64,000 nt of DNA, taken from positions 62,001 to 126,000 of the forward strand of contig CAJFCJ010000001.1 of assembly GCA_904063045.1 (NCBI GenBank), in the 5' to 3' direction. This DNA comes from Dimorphilus gyrociliatus (Eukaryota > Animalia > Annelida). The position numbers and the translations under genes are program-made. The notes under the pieces are model-generated. The model was not told the DNA's origin. It did no database searches and saw only the letters and a program-made list of their open reading frames with translations. Of this stretch, positions 48,877-62,029 are shown piece after piece (position 1 is the first letter of the stretch; each line of letters opens with the position of its first letter).

Positions 48877-50830
48877 ATGTTGAGCGATGAGAAGAGCGAG
48901 GCGTCGGAGAACGAAAGAGTAAACGTCAACCGGAAGTGGACATCGCTCGAAACGATGGGTCGATGCATGTTCCTCTGTTCGGTTGCCTTTTTCATAGCTG
49001 GAGTAACTGTGACAGTTTTCGGCTATACAGGAGTAGAGAAGAGCCACCAGACGACGCTAAAAATTTTGGGACCGGCGTGTCTGACCATGACGGTTGTTAT
49101 GTGGCTTCTTGGTTGTGCATTATCTAGAATGTGGAACTTAGAATGGAAAAGAAGACAGCAAGCATTCGAACTACGAGAGCGCGTTCACCTGCACGCTTAC
49201 GCCATGGATATACTCAACAATCCATCTTTACAAGTTCAAAATTTAGATCCAGTAATTAAACGTCAGCTGCTGCGTAAGCTACGTTCTCAGACTCCTGTTG
49301 ATTACTGTAAGTTTACATACTAATCGTTAGCATAGTAGACTTTTATTGTTCATATATACATCTATATATATTTATATATATATATGCTTGTATATATATT
49401 TGTTTCTCACTCAACAAGTTAATATGGATAGAACAAGCATATACCATATGCATTCCATTTCATGACATTTTCACTTAACACGTTTAGGGTTAATTGCATC
49501 GCTTCATATGCATAATTACACTGCACTAACATTAAACGAATTAACTCTCAAGAGACTAAGAAAAAAATCTCGATCCAACGACATTCCAATTCCAATAAAT
49601 ATTTAACAATATAGCTTTTCTTTCTTCCACTTAGCTAATTCCGACGTAGAAAGCGGCAGGTTTAAAAGAAAAGACTCAATAACTGGTCATTCCTGCAAGA
49701 GGAGATATAGCCAATTGACCTTCGATCGTCTTTCTCAACCAGACGAAAAGGATAGAACACCTTTAACAATTTATGAATGTCCGAAAGGAAAAGAGTTCGA
49801 ATTACCTGGAATTCAAATTAGTCGATTTGAAACATTTGATATAGAAGATCGACGGAGTAGCGTAGCATCTGGTTCTCGTCATTACATCGTAATTCATTCA
49901 GATCTTGGATCAGATTTGTCAAGACTATCATGTCCAAGTGATTATTCCCTTGGAGGATCTCGTCGTAGCTCACGAAGTAGAAGTTCTCGTGCTTCGTCTA
50001 ACGTTAGTTTTATAAGCTCACGAATTTGGGATTTTAGTCCAAGAGAGTCCGAGTGGGATACGGACGTTAGCTTAGGTAGTAGTTATTGTTCTCAAATTAG
50101 CATACATAGAGCTGACTGGGGAGGAGCCATCTGTGAGCATATCTGCGATGATCATGTTGTTCCATACCAACGAAAACTTTCTGTTTTAACCTTCAACGCG
50201 GGTTCTGGACCTCCAAGACGTCATTCGTCGCCGGCGACTGCTCGACGTCATTCAACACCAATGTTTAATGGTAGGAAATCTGAAGATGACCGAAAAAATA
50301 CGGACTCTTCATCAAAATATCGAACAACTTCTGAGGAAGATGCAGAGACGAGTAATTGGAATGAAGCTACAGACACTGACTGTACAGGTAGTGGACCTGC
50401 TATTTGTCGTTTACCTGCTAGAAGGTCAACTTTAAAACGAAATAATACAGACGATTCAGAGGTGGAGAGAAGAGTAGCAACCCTTTTGAGAGAAATCGAG
50501 TTGAGTGCTAGTGAAAGTGTTGACGAGTCAAAAATTTATAGCGTGTCCAGCGAATGTGAATGTTCTGCTCCAATTTCCCGTCCCCGTGTCGAAGTAAGGG
50601 AATGCGAAACTCAAACGGCTGGGGCACAGGACGAAGCGTCCGGAACTTCACAGGAAAGTAGGGTTGGTGCGCTTTTACGAAAGACTCATATTCCAGCCTT
50701 TCTTTCCGGGCTTTCTCGGAGATCTCAACGGCAGCCCAGAAGGGCATATAATTATCAGACTGTACCGGCCAACGATCAATTAGGCCGAACACCTCCACCA
50801 GCCTACGAGGATATTATGAAAGACGGATAA
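48877..50830 (+). CDS. Two-pass membrane protein (TMEM200/PIRT-like fold) with a long Ser/Arg-rich tail
   Basis: Exons 48877-49306 and 49635-50830 (phase 1). Two hydrophobic helices (FIAGVTVTVFGY; LKILGPACLTMTVVMWLLG), a low-complexity tail and PPPAY near the end. The family assignment is tentative. Confidence 0.65.
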
Positions 50831-51239
50831 TTTTTATTATATGTATATACTAATATACTTTTACATTTAGATACGGATATTTATAATAGTATGCATGTGC
50901 ATACAGTATATACTATATATTAAAATATATATATATATTCTTATATATACATTTAAATATGTTGTATATATCTTTATATCTTCTCATAATGTACATTTTT
51001 GAGTGTATCGCGATATTACTGCCATCTGGCGTGAGGAAAATTGCTTTCTTCGAAAAGCTTTACAACAGGTTTATAGGTTTAATAAACCGATTATTCACAT
51101 GCTATTGTATCTGTAAAAGCTAGCCTTTTGTCGGAGCATAATCAATGGATACTATCAATAACATTACCTATGCTAATTATAGAACTATAGAGCTTATTGG
51201 GCATAAAATAGGAGATGAGAAAGAGTCAACGGGTGCGAT

Positions 51240-51590
51240 ACAAGGGCAAGGATAGTTAAAAATAATATGAATGAGAACTAAGAGGCCAGAACCATGAAAG
51301 TCTTGATAAACATTTAAACATAGAACTGAGTGCAGAAAAACAGTTTGGGAGTTATATACGTCGAGTATCCAAAAAAACAAGATATCGAGAATAAATCGGG
51401 TGTTAGAAAAGCAAATAGCGTGGGAGTGAGAAAAAGAATATGCGAAATGAAAGAAGCAAATTAGAGCAAATGTGGAAAGAGGTAGGAAAGAAATTTGAAA
51501 GGAAGAGACAGTTTAAAAGAATGGAATTGAGGGATAGACGAAGAAAATCTTGTAAACAAAATGTAAGAGAATAGAATGATTAGTAAAAAT
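51240..51590 (+). mobile_element. Possible heavily decayed non-LTR retrotransposon fragment
   Basis: Stop-interrupted frame KHLNIELSAEKQFGSYIRRVSKKT...SKLEQMW...KRQFKRMELRDRRR loosely recalls the KYLG..L......HI..I.KKA / P.LEY...W / ..RLE..QRR region after LINE reverse transcriptase. By-eye similarity only. Confidence 0.3.
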
Positions 51591-52102
51591 GAACTAAAAG
51601 ACGACAAAAAACACCTCTTTCTTTTAAAAGTATTTCCAAGTAATACATTGGGTACAATTTGTTCTTTTTAAAGATACAAAAAATGAGAGGGAATGAGAGA
51701 GAGAGAGAGAAAAAGAGAACAGATGAATGAAAATATATATATATATATATAGAAAGAGAGAGAAAGAAAGAGAGATGGACAGATAGAAAGATAAAGAATA
51801 ATAGGATATAAGAAACATTTTCCTATAAACTTTTAATAACATAATTAATGATACTGGAAATTTAATTACTATAATGCCTACGATTGTTAAACGTGTAGCA
51901 GTTCTCAAAACGAAAATACATTGTTACTAGCCATAGCAAAAATCCCACAAATTTTTCCTTAATAAGCATAAAAAACAGAAAATAGGCCATTTTTTCTGTT
52001 TACCGCTCACGTGATAAATACTTTTATTTATTTTAGAAGCAGTTTCGATACTAAAATCGAACCTTCCGCTTAAATTTTGATATTATTTTTTTCTGATCAG
52101 CA

Positions 52103-53101
52103 ATGTATCAACCACAAGGTTTTATTCAATAACTAATAACTAATGTCTAATATTTTCTTCTTAAATTATCGCTCTGTATTTCCGCCTGAGCCTTATCTAA
52201 CGAAAAATGCTTTTCAGGTCATACAAGGCCATCTTGTTGGGTTAGGTCGAATAATGGATCCATCCCCCCAAATGCCGTTGTAGCTGGAAATGATACTAGC
52301 GGAGAGACACTTTTTGTTGGAAGGGCGTGGTATAATCAAGTTAGCAACTTTCTCCCGGGTAAATATAAATAAGTGCACTTTTTACGGATATTTTCATCTT
52401 TATAAGAGAGGGAACAGAATTCATATCGTGATTAGAAGCTATTTTCACACAGCTTTTTAAATCTTACATCCAATAGCTATTATAGAAAAAGACTAGATTT
52501 TTAACATTTTTATCAACGTTATTGATTTTACAACTTGATACTCCAAGATAAAGAAATTTTTTTTTTATAGTTTTGTGGAATATGGTCATTTTAGTGAGGT
52601 TCTACTTTCCACCCTTTTTGTTATCTGACCATATCACATCAAAATTATGATTTGAAAAGTCTTAAAGTACATATGTTCCTGTTGTGTTTGTTTTAATATG
52701 ACCTCTGTATATATAATAGCATATCAAGTATCTATTGTACTTTTACATACTGCTTTTTTTACTTATTCTAATTAGGTAAGATTGTACCTTCCCATGGCGT
52801 TTGCTATGTTCCGTTTGGAGGAAAAGAGATTGGGATTAGTGAATACGAAGTACTTACTCAAAGTCCACATGTTATTTATGATTGGATATCTGCTGAAAAT
52901 GGGCAAATACCTGCTGGTGCAATAATTGGGAATAGAAAAGAGAATGGAAAAAACGATTTCATTGGAAGAGTTTTTCATCAAGGAGGAAAAATTCCTGGCA
53001 AAATTCATGTAGACCACAAATGCCTTTATTATTCGTATGCTGGAAAGGAATTATCATCAAAAGTTTATGAAGTTTTAGTTTGTAGAATGATCGATGTTTA
53101 G
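52103..53101 (+). CDS. DM9-repeat protein (two DM9 repeats; mannose-binding lectin / pattern-recognition family)
   Basis: Exons 52103-52118, 52218-52358, 52776-53101 (phase 1,1); absent from the ORF track. WVRSNNGSIPPNAVVAGNDTSGETLFVGRA..LPGKIVPSHGVCYVPFGGKE..EYEVL and a second repeat WISAENGQIPAGA..FIGRV..IPGKI..CLYYSYAGKE..YEVL. Confidence 0.9.
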
Positions 53102-55732
53102 AGAGTGAAGAAAAAAAGAAGGCACGAAATGTGAAAGTCACGCATAAGATACGATTAAAGATAATTCTTTTCTCTTAATACAGCAAAAGAATAAGACATA
53201 CATGCCAAAACAATAAAATTACTAGAATTAAATATAGTTTATATTCTCTCTTGTTTTGTTCTAATAACTAAAAATCGAATGATTCAAAAATAGAAGAATT
53301 TATGTAAAGTATATTAAGAATTTAGATAGAATTAAAAGAAAGAAAGAAAATATGCTTCTTTATTGTAGAGCAATTCGTTATTTCTTTCTGACACGGAAAG
53401 CCTTAGAAAGTACAAATTTACAGTCTTTGAAAGTATTCTCTAATCGGTAAGCAGCCAATATGAGTAAACTTTTTCTACGTAAACAACGAAAAATTCTTTT
53501 AGTATTGTTTTTTTCCAGTCTAAATAAAATATATTAGAGGAAAGAAATTGACTTAAAAAAAGCAAAAATGTCAATTTACAATGGTACCATAAACAGAAAT
53601 TATTTATGTATAAATGTATACTCGTATAATTGATTTCGTTAAAGATTTTGCAGATAGAGTAGTTATCTTTTACATATTAAAGGAGTAAAACTATTTTTAG
53701 TTAAAAGTTATTCTATTTAAGTTTTCTTTTTTTTTTGTATTTTATAAAATTATCTGTTTTTAGACACTAAAGCACTCGGTAGCATTTGCTACGTAGGAAG
53801 ATTATCATCCGATCATAAGAATTCTCTTATATTTCACAATATGTTCCATAAGTAATTCGTTATTGTTACAATGCGAATACATTTTTCTCTTATGTTTTCT
53901 TTTTTTTCTAGCAACTTTTTTTTTTACATACGTAATTGAAAGGAAAAAAAAAATAAATGGAAGAGAAAATATCTTCCTAGAGGACACGGAATTGAAAGAA
54001 AAAGAAAAGTAGAATGACAAAAGAAACTGGCATTTTTCTGAGATAAAAATAAAGAATTTAATAAAACCACTTATGTTTTTCAAGATAATCAAAATTAGTG
54101 CCCAAAGAAACAGGTGGATGGCATCGATTCTTACATCCTGGATATATAGGCTGATTGTAGCCCTGGTAACCCTCAAGATATTTGCTTCTGCTTATTTTTT
54201 CTAACGTTGAAATATTATTTACTTTATTTTTGTTTGGAAAGAAGGAAAGAGAAGGTTTGTATAAAAGGAAAAAAAGGTCATTTTACCATTAGCGATCAGA
54301 TACTGAACATTTTGTTAACATTGCAAGAACCTAATATAGTGCGTAACAAAATGAATTAGGTTAAATTTCAAAAGTTTTTCCCCTTTACAAGAGATTTTTG
54401 ACCAACAAACCTTAATTTAATCTTCTCGTCCATCTGCAAAAGACAATCTTTTGAAAGAGGAAAGCCTACATGTAGATGTACACGCTCTAAAAAGAAAGTA
54501 ATAAATTAAAAAGTTAATCAATTACAGTTATATTTTAAATATGAACATTTTTGATACAAAGATTTAGGTGATGGATATCAATTATCAGACAAAACATTTA
54601 TCATTTGCTTAATTCAACTAAATTATTTGCTGCTATTATAATAAAAAAATAATAATATATACGATATTAATATTAACAACAATATCTAATGTATATGATG
54701 TAGTTTATAATGTTAAATGTCCATCGTGCTATAGATGGATGTACTGTACTATCTATTGTATATTGCGTGTAGTAATTAGTCTATGAAGTCACTCACCTTC
54801 CAAACATATACCTTTATATTAAATATCTTTAGCACAGGAAAGCCTATCGATTTGTTCTCAATAAAAATTAACAATTAATAAAATTTGGAGATAGGCTTAA
54901 TTAATATTATTATTTACAATAAGTAACACTCAATCTCCTTAATTATTACCTAATGAATTAATAATCAAATTTATTCATTTATCATCGTTTTCCCCTCTTC
55001 TTAATAATCTATAACTTTTTAAGTTTTCATTTGATATCTGCAAAATATTCGTATTAATAAGAAATTTCGTATTATCCAACAGAGAATGTTTAATCTAAAA
55101 ATAGTTTAGAATATATAAATACATCCATGTATTCATGCACCCAACCTACATATTACCATTGTTCGTAATGAAAGAATCAGCAAAAGATGGCGCTATTAGT
55201 AGTAGAAGAGATTCTTTTTTTTATTTTCTTTGTACGAAATATATCGATAGTATACAGTGTACTTATGTGAAGCCAATATACTATATGCTATATGAAATAT
55301 GGATATATTTAGAAAGATATATATATACTACTGTAAAATATATAGTAAAGATAGTAACTTACATTATCGTTTCCTAGCCTCCATAATCATAATGAAAAGA
55401 TGTTTCTTTTTTAAAAAATATGAAAAAGGAAAATATTAACAAAGTAAATGATGTTACTTATTCTAATTAATTCTCGTAAAGCCATTCATTATAAACACGT
55501 CTAAAATTTCAAAGAGAAAAGAAACAAACCTGTTTTAAAGGGGGGGGAGAATATTATTAATTCATTTATTAAAAAACAAATTTTTTCTTGGAATTTTGTA
55601 ATTGAAAAAAAAAAAAATCTATAACAAGAAAGAAGTTCTATATAGAGATAAGAATTTATTTTTTGAATTATTGTTTATATTTAGATTTTGGATTGTTTGT
55701 TATTGTTTGTTATTTGTTTGAATGAAAAACGA

Positions 55733-58027
55733 ATGAATTTTCAAGGAAATAGCGTAATAAATATAAATTAATATTTTGTTTTGTAATTGAGTATTATATA
55801 TATATATATATATATATGTTTTCTATATCTATTTCCTCCGCCCACACTTCTTCCTTTTACTTAGCGTTCAGTTTCTAAGGAAGGAGCGTTTTCTTCTTCT
55901 GAGGAATCGGAAGGAAAACATTCAGAATTCTATGATGACTTATTATCGAATGGCGGAAAAATATTTCGCAACAAAATTATAAATCACTTCGACATTTTGT
56001 CGGATGTAAAGAGGGAAGGTAAAAGAGAGGATAAATGGGAAAAATGGACGTCAAGTATTTTAGGTATATAGTATATAATATACATACATATTTTTATTTA
56101 AATATTGGAAAAATCAATAGATAAAACTGGTCAGTTATACTTCATGTCTGAGAATCCACACTGCCCTATTAAACTACAAAAATACGAGGCCAGTAAAGAA
56201 GAATATAAAGACAGGGAAGAAGAGAATGACTCAATGAGAAATCTCAGGAGACGAATTAACAGAGTTCGAGTTCGGCAGGCGGATAATCCACCTATTGACA
56301 TATGGGCTAATTGGGTTGTGTCTAGCTTCTTTTTCAAAAATCTTATACTCTCTCTTATTATTGTAAATGTTATAGTCTTAGGAATTCAAGCCGGTTGTTT
56401 CAAGCTTCTTTTTAGACGGCTTACTAATTCAAATATATTCCTATAGAAATAGGTGAAGTTCCGGGAGAAAATCTGCATCTTTTGAAAATAGTTCTGGCCC
56501 TGCTAGACTACTGCGCTCTGTTTGTTTTTATACTAGAAATTGGTCTAAAATGGATAGACGACTTTTGGGAATTTTGGGTCAGCGGGTGGAATATCTTTGA
56601 CTTTCTTGTAACCCTCCTCAGCGTTCTCCCAGATGTGATTGGCATGATGCGGGTGTTAGGAAATAATCCACAAGTGACAGGGGATTTCGGATCAGTTGGC
56701 CAATATTTTAGAGTTTTTCGAATAGTTAGAGCGTTAAAAATGGTTATTCATTTCAAGCAAATGAGACTAATAGCTTTAGCTATAACTAAAGCCTTTAGAG
56801 CTTTACTATTTATAACTGTCTTGTTATTTATATTCGCGTATATATTTGCTATTGTTGGAGTCATGTTCTTCGATAAATTCTCCCATTCTGATACGCATGA
56901 CCTGGAATATAGAGAAGCCTTCTCTTCTATGTTAAATGCTTTATTAACGCTGTGGCAGATTTTTACATTAGATCAATGGCTAAAAATATATAATGATATT
57001 CAAAAGGTTACTGTTGAAAAAACTACAAATTGGCTATGGAGCGCATACATAATCTTTTGGATATTGATTGGTAGTTTCGTATTTCAAAACATATTTGCTG
57101 GAATTATGGGTGAGTTTTAGTGTATTAACCGTCAAGTCTTGTTTGAAAGTATTCACTTTTTAAAAGTATCTAATCGTCTTTACAGTAAATAACTTTCAAA
57201 TAATCAGGACTGAGCTATATCAAGAAGCCAAAAAACGCATAGAATTAGAAAAGGCCGAACTAAACCTTGAGAAATTAGGAGTTGAGCTTCATGAATACAA
57301 TAGAAGGTTGCTAATTTGTAGGAGGTAAAAATCTTTAATTAGACGTTTAACCTATTTAGTCTTATACTTAGACAATCGAAAGACAAAGCAAATATTAATG
57401 AAGAAGATCAAACAAAGGTTTGAAACGGCTGGTAATGCATGGTCGTTTACTTTCTTAAGTCTTTTTTTTCTAACAGCAGGATCCAACTAATTCCTTTTTA
57501 AATGAGCAAAGGTTTTAAAAAATACTTTATCTTAATACTTAACTGACTAATTACTATAAAAACACACTAATAGAAACAAAAATATTAGAAGAAGCCGTCA
57601 TTCAATTGAAAGAAAGTCATCGTCTCCGGAGCTAGGTATTATAGTTCTTAGAAACGTATATACTTGTTTCTCATTTATATTCCAATGTAAATATTGAAAA
57701 GATATACAAGAGAAAATTGAGAAAAATTTACATAATCTCATTTTGGATAATACAATGTACTGTTGGCCAGAAGATACTTTCTTCAGGTATTTACAAGCAA
57801 TGGAGTCTCTTCAAGAGAATTTGCATGAACGGCAAACCATAATTGAAATGATAAGTATGACAAAACATTTATATAGTTATACATTTTATTGCAGCTGTTT
57901 AATTTTGTTACTTTTCTAAAAATTTCCATCATTATTAGATCAGTCTTTATTGAATATGCTAGACAATACCGCACTAAAGCCTATGAAAACTAAGGAAAAT
58001 TTGTTAAGCTCTCTTCTTAAGCCTTAA
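55733..58027 (+). CDS. CATSPER2: Sperm cation channel subunit CatSper2
   Basis: Exons about 55733-55753, 55865-56063, 56121-56393, 56447-57109, 57186-57306, two short exons, a DIQEKIEK..EMI exon ending at 57853, and 57939-58027. Single 6-TM repeat with PPIDIWANWV, WNIFDFLVT, S4 RVFRIVRALK, pore TLDQW, and C-terminal WPEDTFFRYLQAMESLQENLHER typical of CatSper2. The first exon is tentative. Confidence 0.85.
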
Positions 58028-59461
58028 TAAACTTTTCTTCAATTGTACTTCATTACATTAACGTTTTATTATACTAAATACATTTGATACATAGAGCAAA
58101 ATGTAGCTTTTTTTTAGATATAACGCAAATAAGTAATAAGTCGGGTTTATCTAGAAAAAAGGCTTTTAAGTGCATTTACACCGATTATAATAGCTTCATA
58201 AAAGATAGACGTGTATGTCACAATAGTAACTGTGCAAAGACTTTAGATCTTTCTTTCCGCCCTTCCCTGTCACTCTCTCTCTCTCTCCTTAAATTATTAC
58301 AGAATAAAGAACATACAGAAAATAGCAAACTTTACTTACTACATAAAACTTTTCATGAAGAAATACAATGGAAATATATTAGTATATTAGTTTTTGCATT
58401 GAAAATTTCGTTTATTTTCAAAGAAAGTTTATTAAAAAAGTTTTTTGTATAGTTTCTTTTTAGCTATAAGAGATTTGATTAAATGTGGTATATCACATCA
58501 TTGTAAATCTTATTTTTTCATTCTAATTGGTTTCTATTATTACTAATATGTAAAGAAAAAATACTGCATTTAACAGTATATAAAGACAAGAGTTGAAAGA
58601 ATTTTTACTATGTTTCTATTTAATTCATTTCTTTTTATAAATTACTATTTAATTGTTTGTTCAATAAACATTTCTCTTTATAGAGAAAACAGTAGACGTC
58701 ATGTTTTTCAGATTGAGCTATTAATCATTTAATAATTAAAGCTCTTGGCATTAAAAACATTAAACTTTCTAGATGAATACAGTAATGGATACAGATATTT
58801 GTTCTTTTACTTTTAAGTCATGAGCATACCTATAAATTTCTTATTTTAAAAATTAATCATATTTGGATTCCTTTTTTCCTATTAATCAAAAACACAGAAG
58901 GACAGAAGGATACTTTTGTCAGAGACAGGAGAGAATTCTCCTACTTCCTCTCATCCAAAGATCTCCTAGTGTTCACCTCTTATTTTCTATAATTAAAAAA
59001 AAAATTAATCAAATTATGGAGAAAATCTGTAAGTATATGAACTTGAATTATTGAGTATAGTCTGCATGAATAAAATCTTGTTGGTTTTATTTCATTATAC
59101 ATTAACTTCATTAAATTTTCATTAGTATCAAGGCAAAAATAAACTAAATCAAAGAGAATATTCATTAAAGTAAACTATCAAGTCAAAAGTAATAAACAGC
59201 TATTTCTTTTCAAGTTCACTGTTTTTTCCCTGATGATGAAGATTATATGTTAATATATTTTACTCATAATTAATTATTTATGTTCGAATATAAGACTCGG
59301 CGTCAGACCACTTGGTACTTTAATAGTATGAACAATCCGACTGTAATACTAAATCTTGTCTTTTCCGTACTGAGATGGGACTCATATATGCTAATTACTG
59401 GAAATATATCAGGTATCAAATTATTAATTAGAAATTTTCTATTATTAATTTGTTCTCTTTA

Positions 59462-61715
59462 GAAATACCGTCTGTTTTATTGTCGAATTCTTATAAAAAA
59501 GGACTTTTACACTATATCATTGACGATCCAAATAGAGATGACATTTTTAAGAAACTGGATAAAATTGGCTTTGAAAATATTAAAAATATCATTGTCATGT
59601 GCAATGATGTTTGTATTGAAAATATTTATAAAATGGTAATAATGGAATATTTAACATTTATGTGCATTATGTAATATCCTGTTTATTTAACAGGCTCATA
59701 CATATGAGAAGAATTTATCATCATCTTATCATGGCTATCTTATTATGAAAATGAACTGGTTATTTATAAGTAAAAATGAAGAGGCAGTTTATAATTTGAC
59801 AGAATCTTATATTAATCAGCTAGCAAACTGCGCATTCTACTTTAAGAGGAAGATTAACAATATTGATTATATATACAGCACAAACTATGGATTTAAATTT
59901 CAATTACACCAATTAAATTATTTCCACCCGTCCCTTAATAATCGAATTTTTCTAGCTAACGATGATAAAGATATCAATTTTCACGGTAAACGACTCATCA
60001 TAGGCTCTCTGACCGTAATAACTTTCAAAACATATTTTCTATCATATATATTCATGCATACAAATATTATATGTTACTTTTCTACTCCTATCTTAATACA
60101 GTGGTGGCCTTTTATTGATAAATTCGAAGATGTTTATAAAGGACTATGTGTGGATTTTATTCATTATTTGTCAACTGTAATGAACTTTACGTAAGAATCT
60201 ATAATTGGATAGATAAACTACTTCTATTTTTTAATATCGAATGTTAAACTTAGATACATAATTCGATATCCGCAAGACGGACAATGGGGAGCATTCAATT
60301 CAACTAATGGCAAATGGTCTGGACTTGCCGGACAACTTCAGCATAAAGTAAATTGTTCAGAAAAAATACGAAACAACCATCTTGTATTTATACTGTATTT
60401 TCTATTTTTTGTTTACATAAGGAAGTTGATGTGGTGATTGCGCCATTTTCAAGAACCCTTGCTCGAGATAAAATTATAGATTTTACTGCAGATTTTTATG
60501 AAGATTCTTTCTCAATCATCTACAAAAAAGACACTAAAAGTCTTGATAAATCATTATTATTTATTAAACCTTTCCGAACGAACGTATGGTTAATTTTCTG
60601 TAAGTTTACAAGCTGATTACTAGCTAAAAAACCTATAAGATAATATTGGAATCCTCCCCAGTTTCTGTTATACCGATTATATCAACAGTTCTACTGCTAG
60701 TTGATATCGCTTGGTTTTCATATTCTTGCAAAAAGCTTATTTTCTATCAATGGTTAAGTAATAACATGTCCGTTTTCGGAACTGCTATGCTGCAAGGTTT
60801 AATTTTTTTCTTTTTTGTTAACTTCACACAATATGTTGTGACAGTTGAATATTATAGAGAATAACAAAATTAATTAAATTAGTATCCTTTTTCAACAGCA
60901 ATTTTCACACTTCCTAGGACTGAAAGTGGGAGAATTGTTATAGGTTCTTGTTGGATTTTTATGATCATAATGCGGACAACATACAGTGGAAATATTGTAG
61001 CTTTTCTCACTGTTTCTAAGGATACACCTCCTTTCCGTAATCTATACGATTTGACACAGACAGACAGTTTTCTTTTAGGAACATTAGGCGGAGCAGCAAC
61101 TGTTACGGAGTGGAATGTCAGTACTACTTTTTACTACTAAGTGGTATTAACTTTAATTACTTTTTTATTAGACGTCGAATACTAAATTTCATAAAAGTGT
61201 CTGGGCAAAAGTTACAGATAGCTTAGAAAAAAATTCTAAAGTATTAAGTATAAATTTTAATGAACATATGGATCTAGTTAAACAAGGAGGTTACGCTTTC
61301 TATTTGGATTCAACAAGTTTTGCCTTAGAAACAGCCAAAGATTCAAGATTATCTACAGCAACTAATATGGAACCATTTTACGCACATTATGCAGTTGCCT
61401 TGCCAAAACACTCGTTCTATTCTGAAACTTTTAGAAAATAGTAAGTAATAAAAATGAAATATACATAATTAATCAGTTTTTAACTCTTTCATAAATATCT
61501 ATTTTAGCACTGTCTTGGTTAAAGAAACTGGTCTAATCAAGAAATGGAAAAACAAATGGTGGCCTGCTGAATTAAAAAATCCAGAAATAACAATAAATAA
61601 ACAAATAAAGCCTGTTACACTAGTTAATATGCAAGGTGTCATATACGTTTGGGCAAGTTTAATAGGTTTATCGTGCCTGATTTTGTTCTTTGAAAAAATA
61701 TCTGTAAACATATAA
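59462..61715 (+). CDS. Divergent ionotropic receptor (variant iGluR / IR family)
   Basis: Many small exons: YKGLCVDFIHYLS, DGQWGAF..NGKWSGLAGQL, VDVVIAPFSRTLARDKIIDFT, FIKPFRTNVW, LPRTESGRIV..W..TYSGNIVAFLTV, GTLGG, ETGLIKKWKNKWW and M4 NMQGVIYVW. The 5' exons upstream of 59462 are unresolved. Confidence 0.85.
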
Positions 61716-62029
61716 TGGATCTAAAATTATGCTACAATGCTAAATCAATATACTAATAGGCTGATTAATTCTAACGTACTATTACGTTCTAAAGCCAATT
61801 TAGTCAGATTTCAAAAACAAACAAATTCATATTACATAATACCGGTATAAAATCAAATTCTTTTTATCTTCCTGTCGGTCTGTTAAAGGTTATTGACATT
61901 GTATAGTAACATCTCTACTGATTTTCAATAAATATGCTGTTTTCATGAAAAGTTTTATAGTTATCAATTAATTATTTCGATGAAGTTATGACAATAGTTT
62001 CTTGTTTCCTTTGATTTAGATATTAACCG

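Noticed and set aside
11250-50798. Antisense ORFs 11250-11591, 14550-14813, 16556-16882, 19793-20044, 30530-30736, 31565-31765, 48594-48995, 50508-50798
   Set aside because: Shadow frames opposite real coding exons or GC-rich 5' regions, with no motifs of their own.
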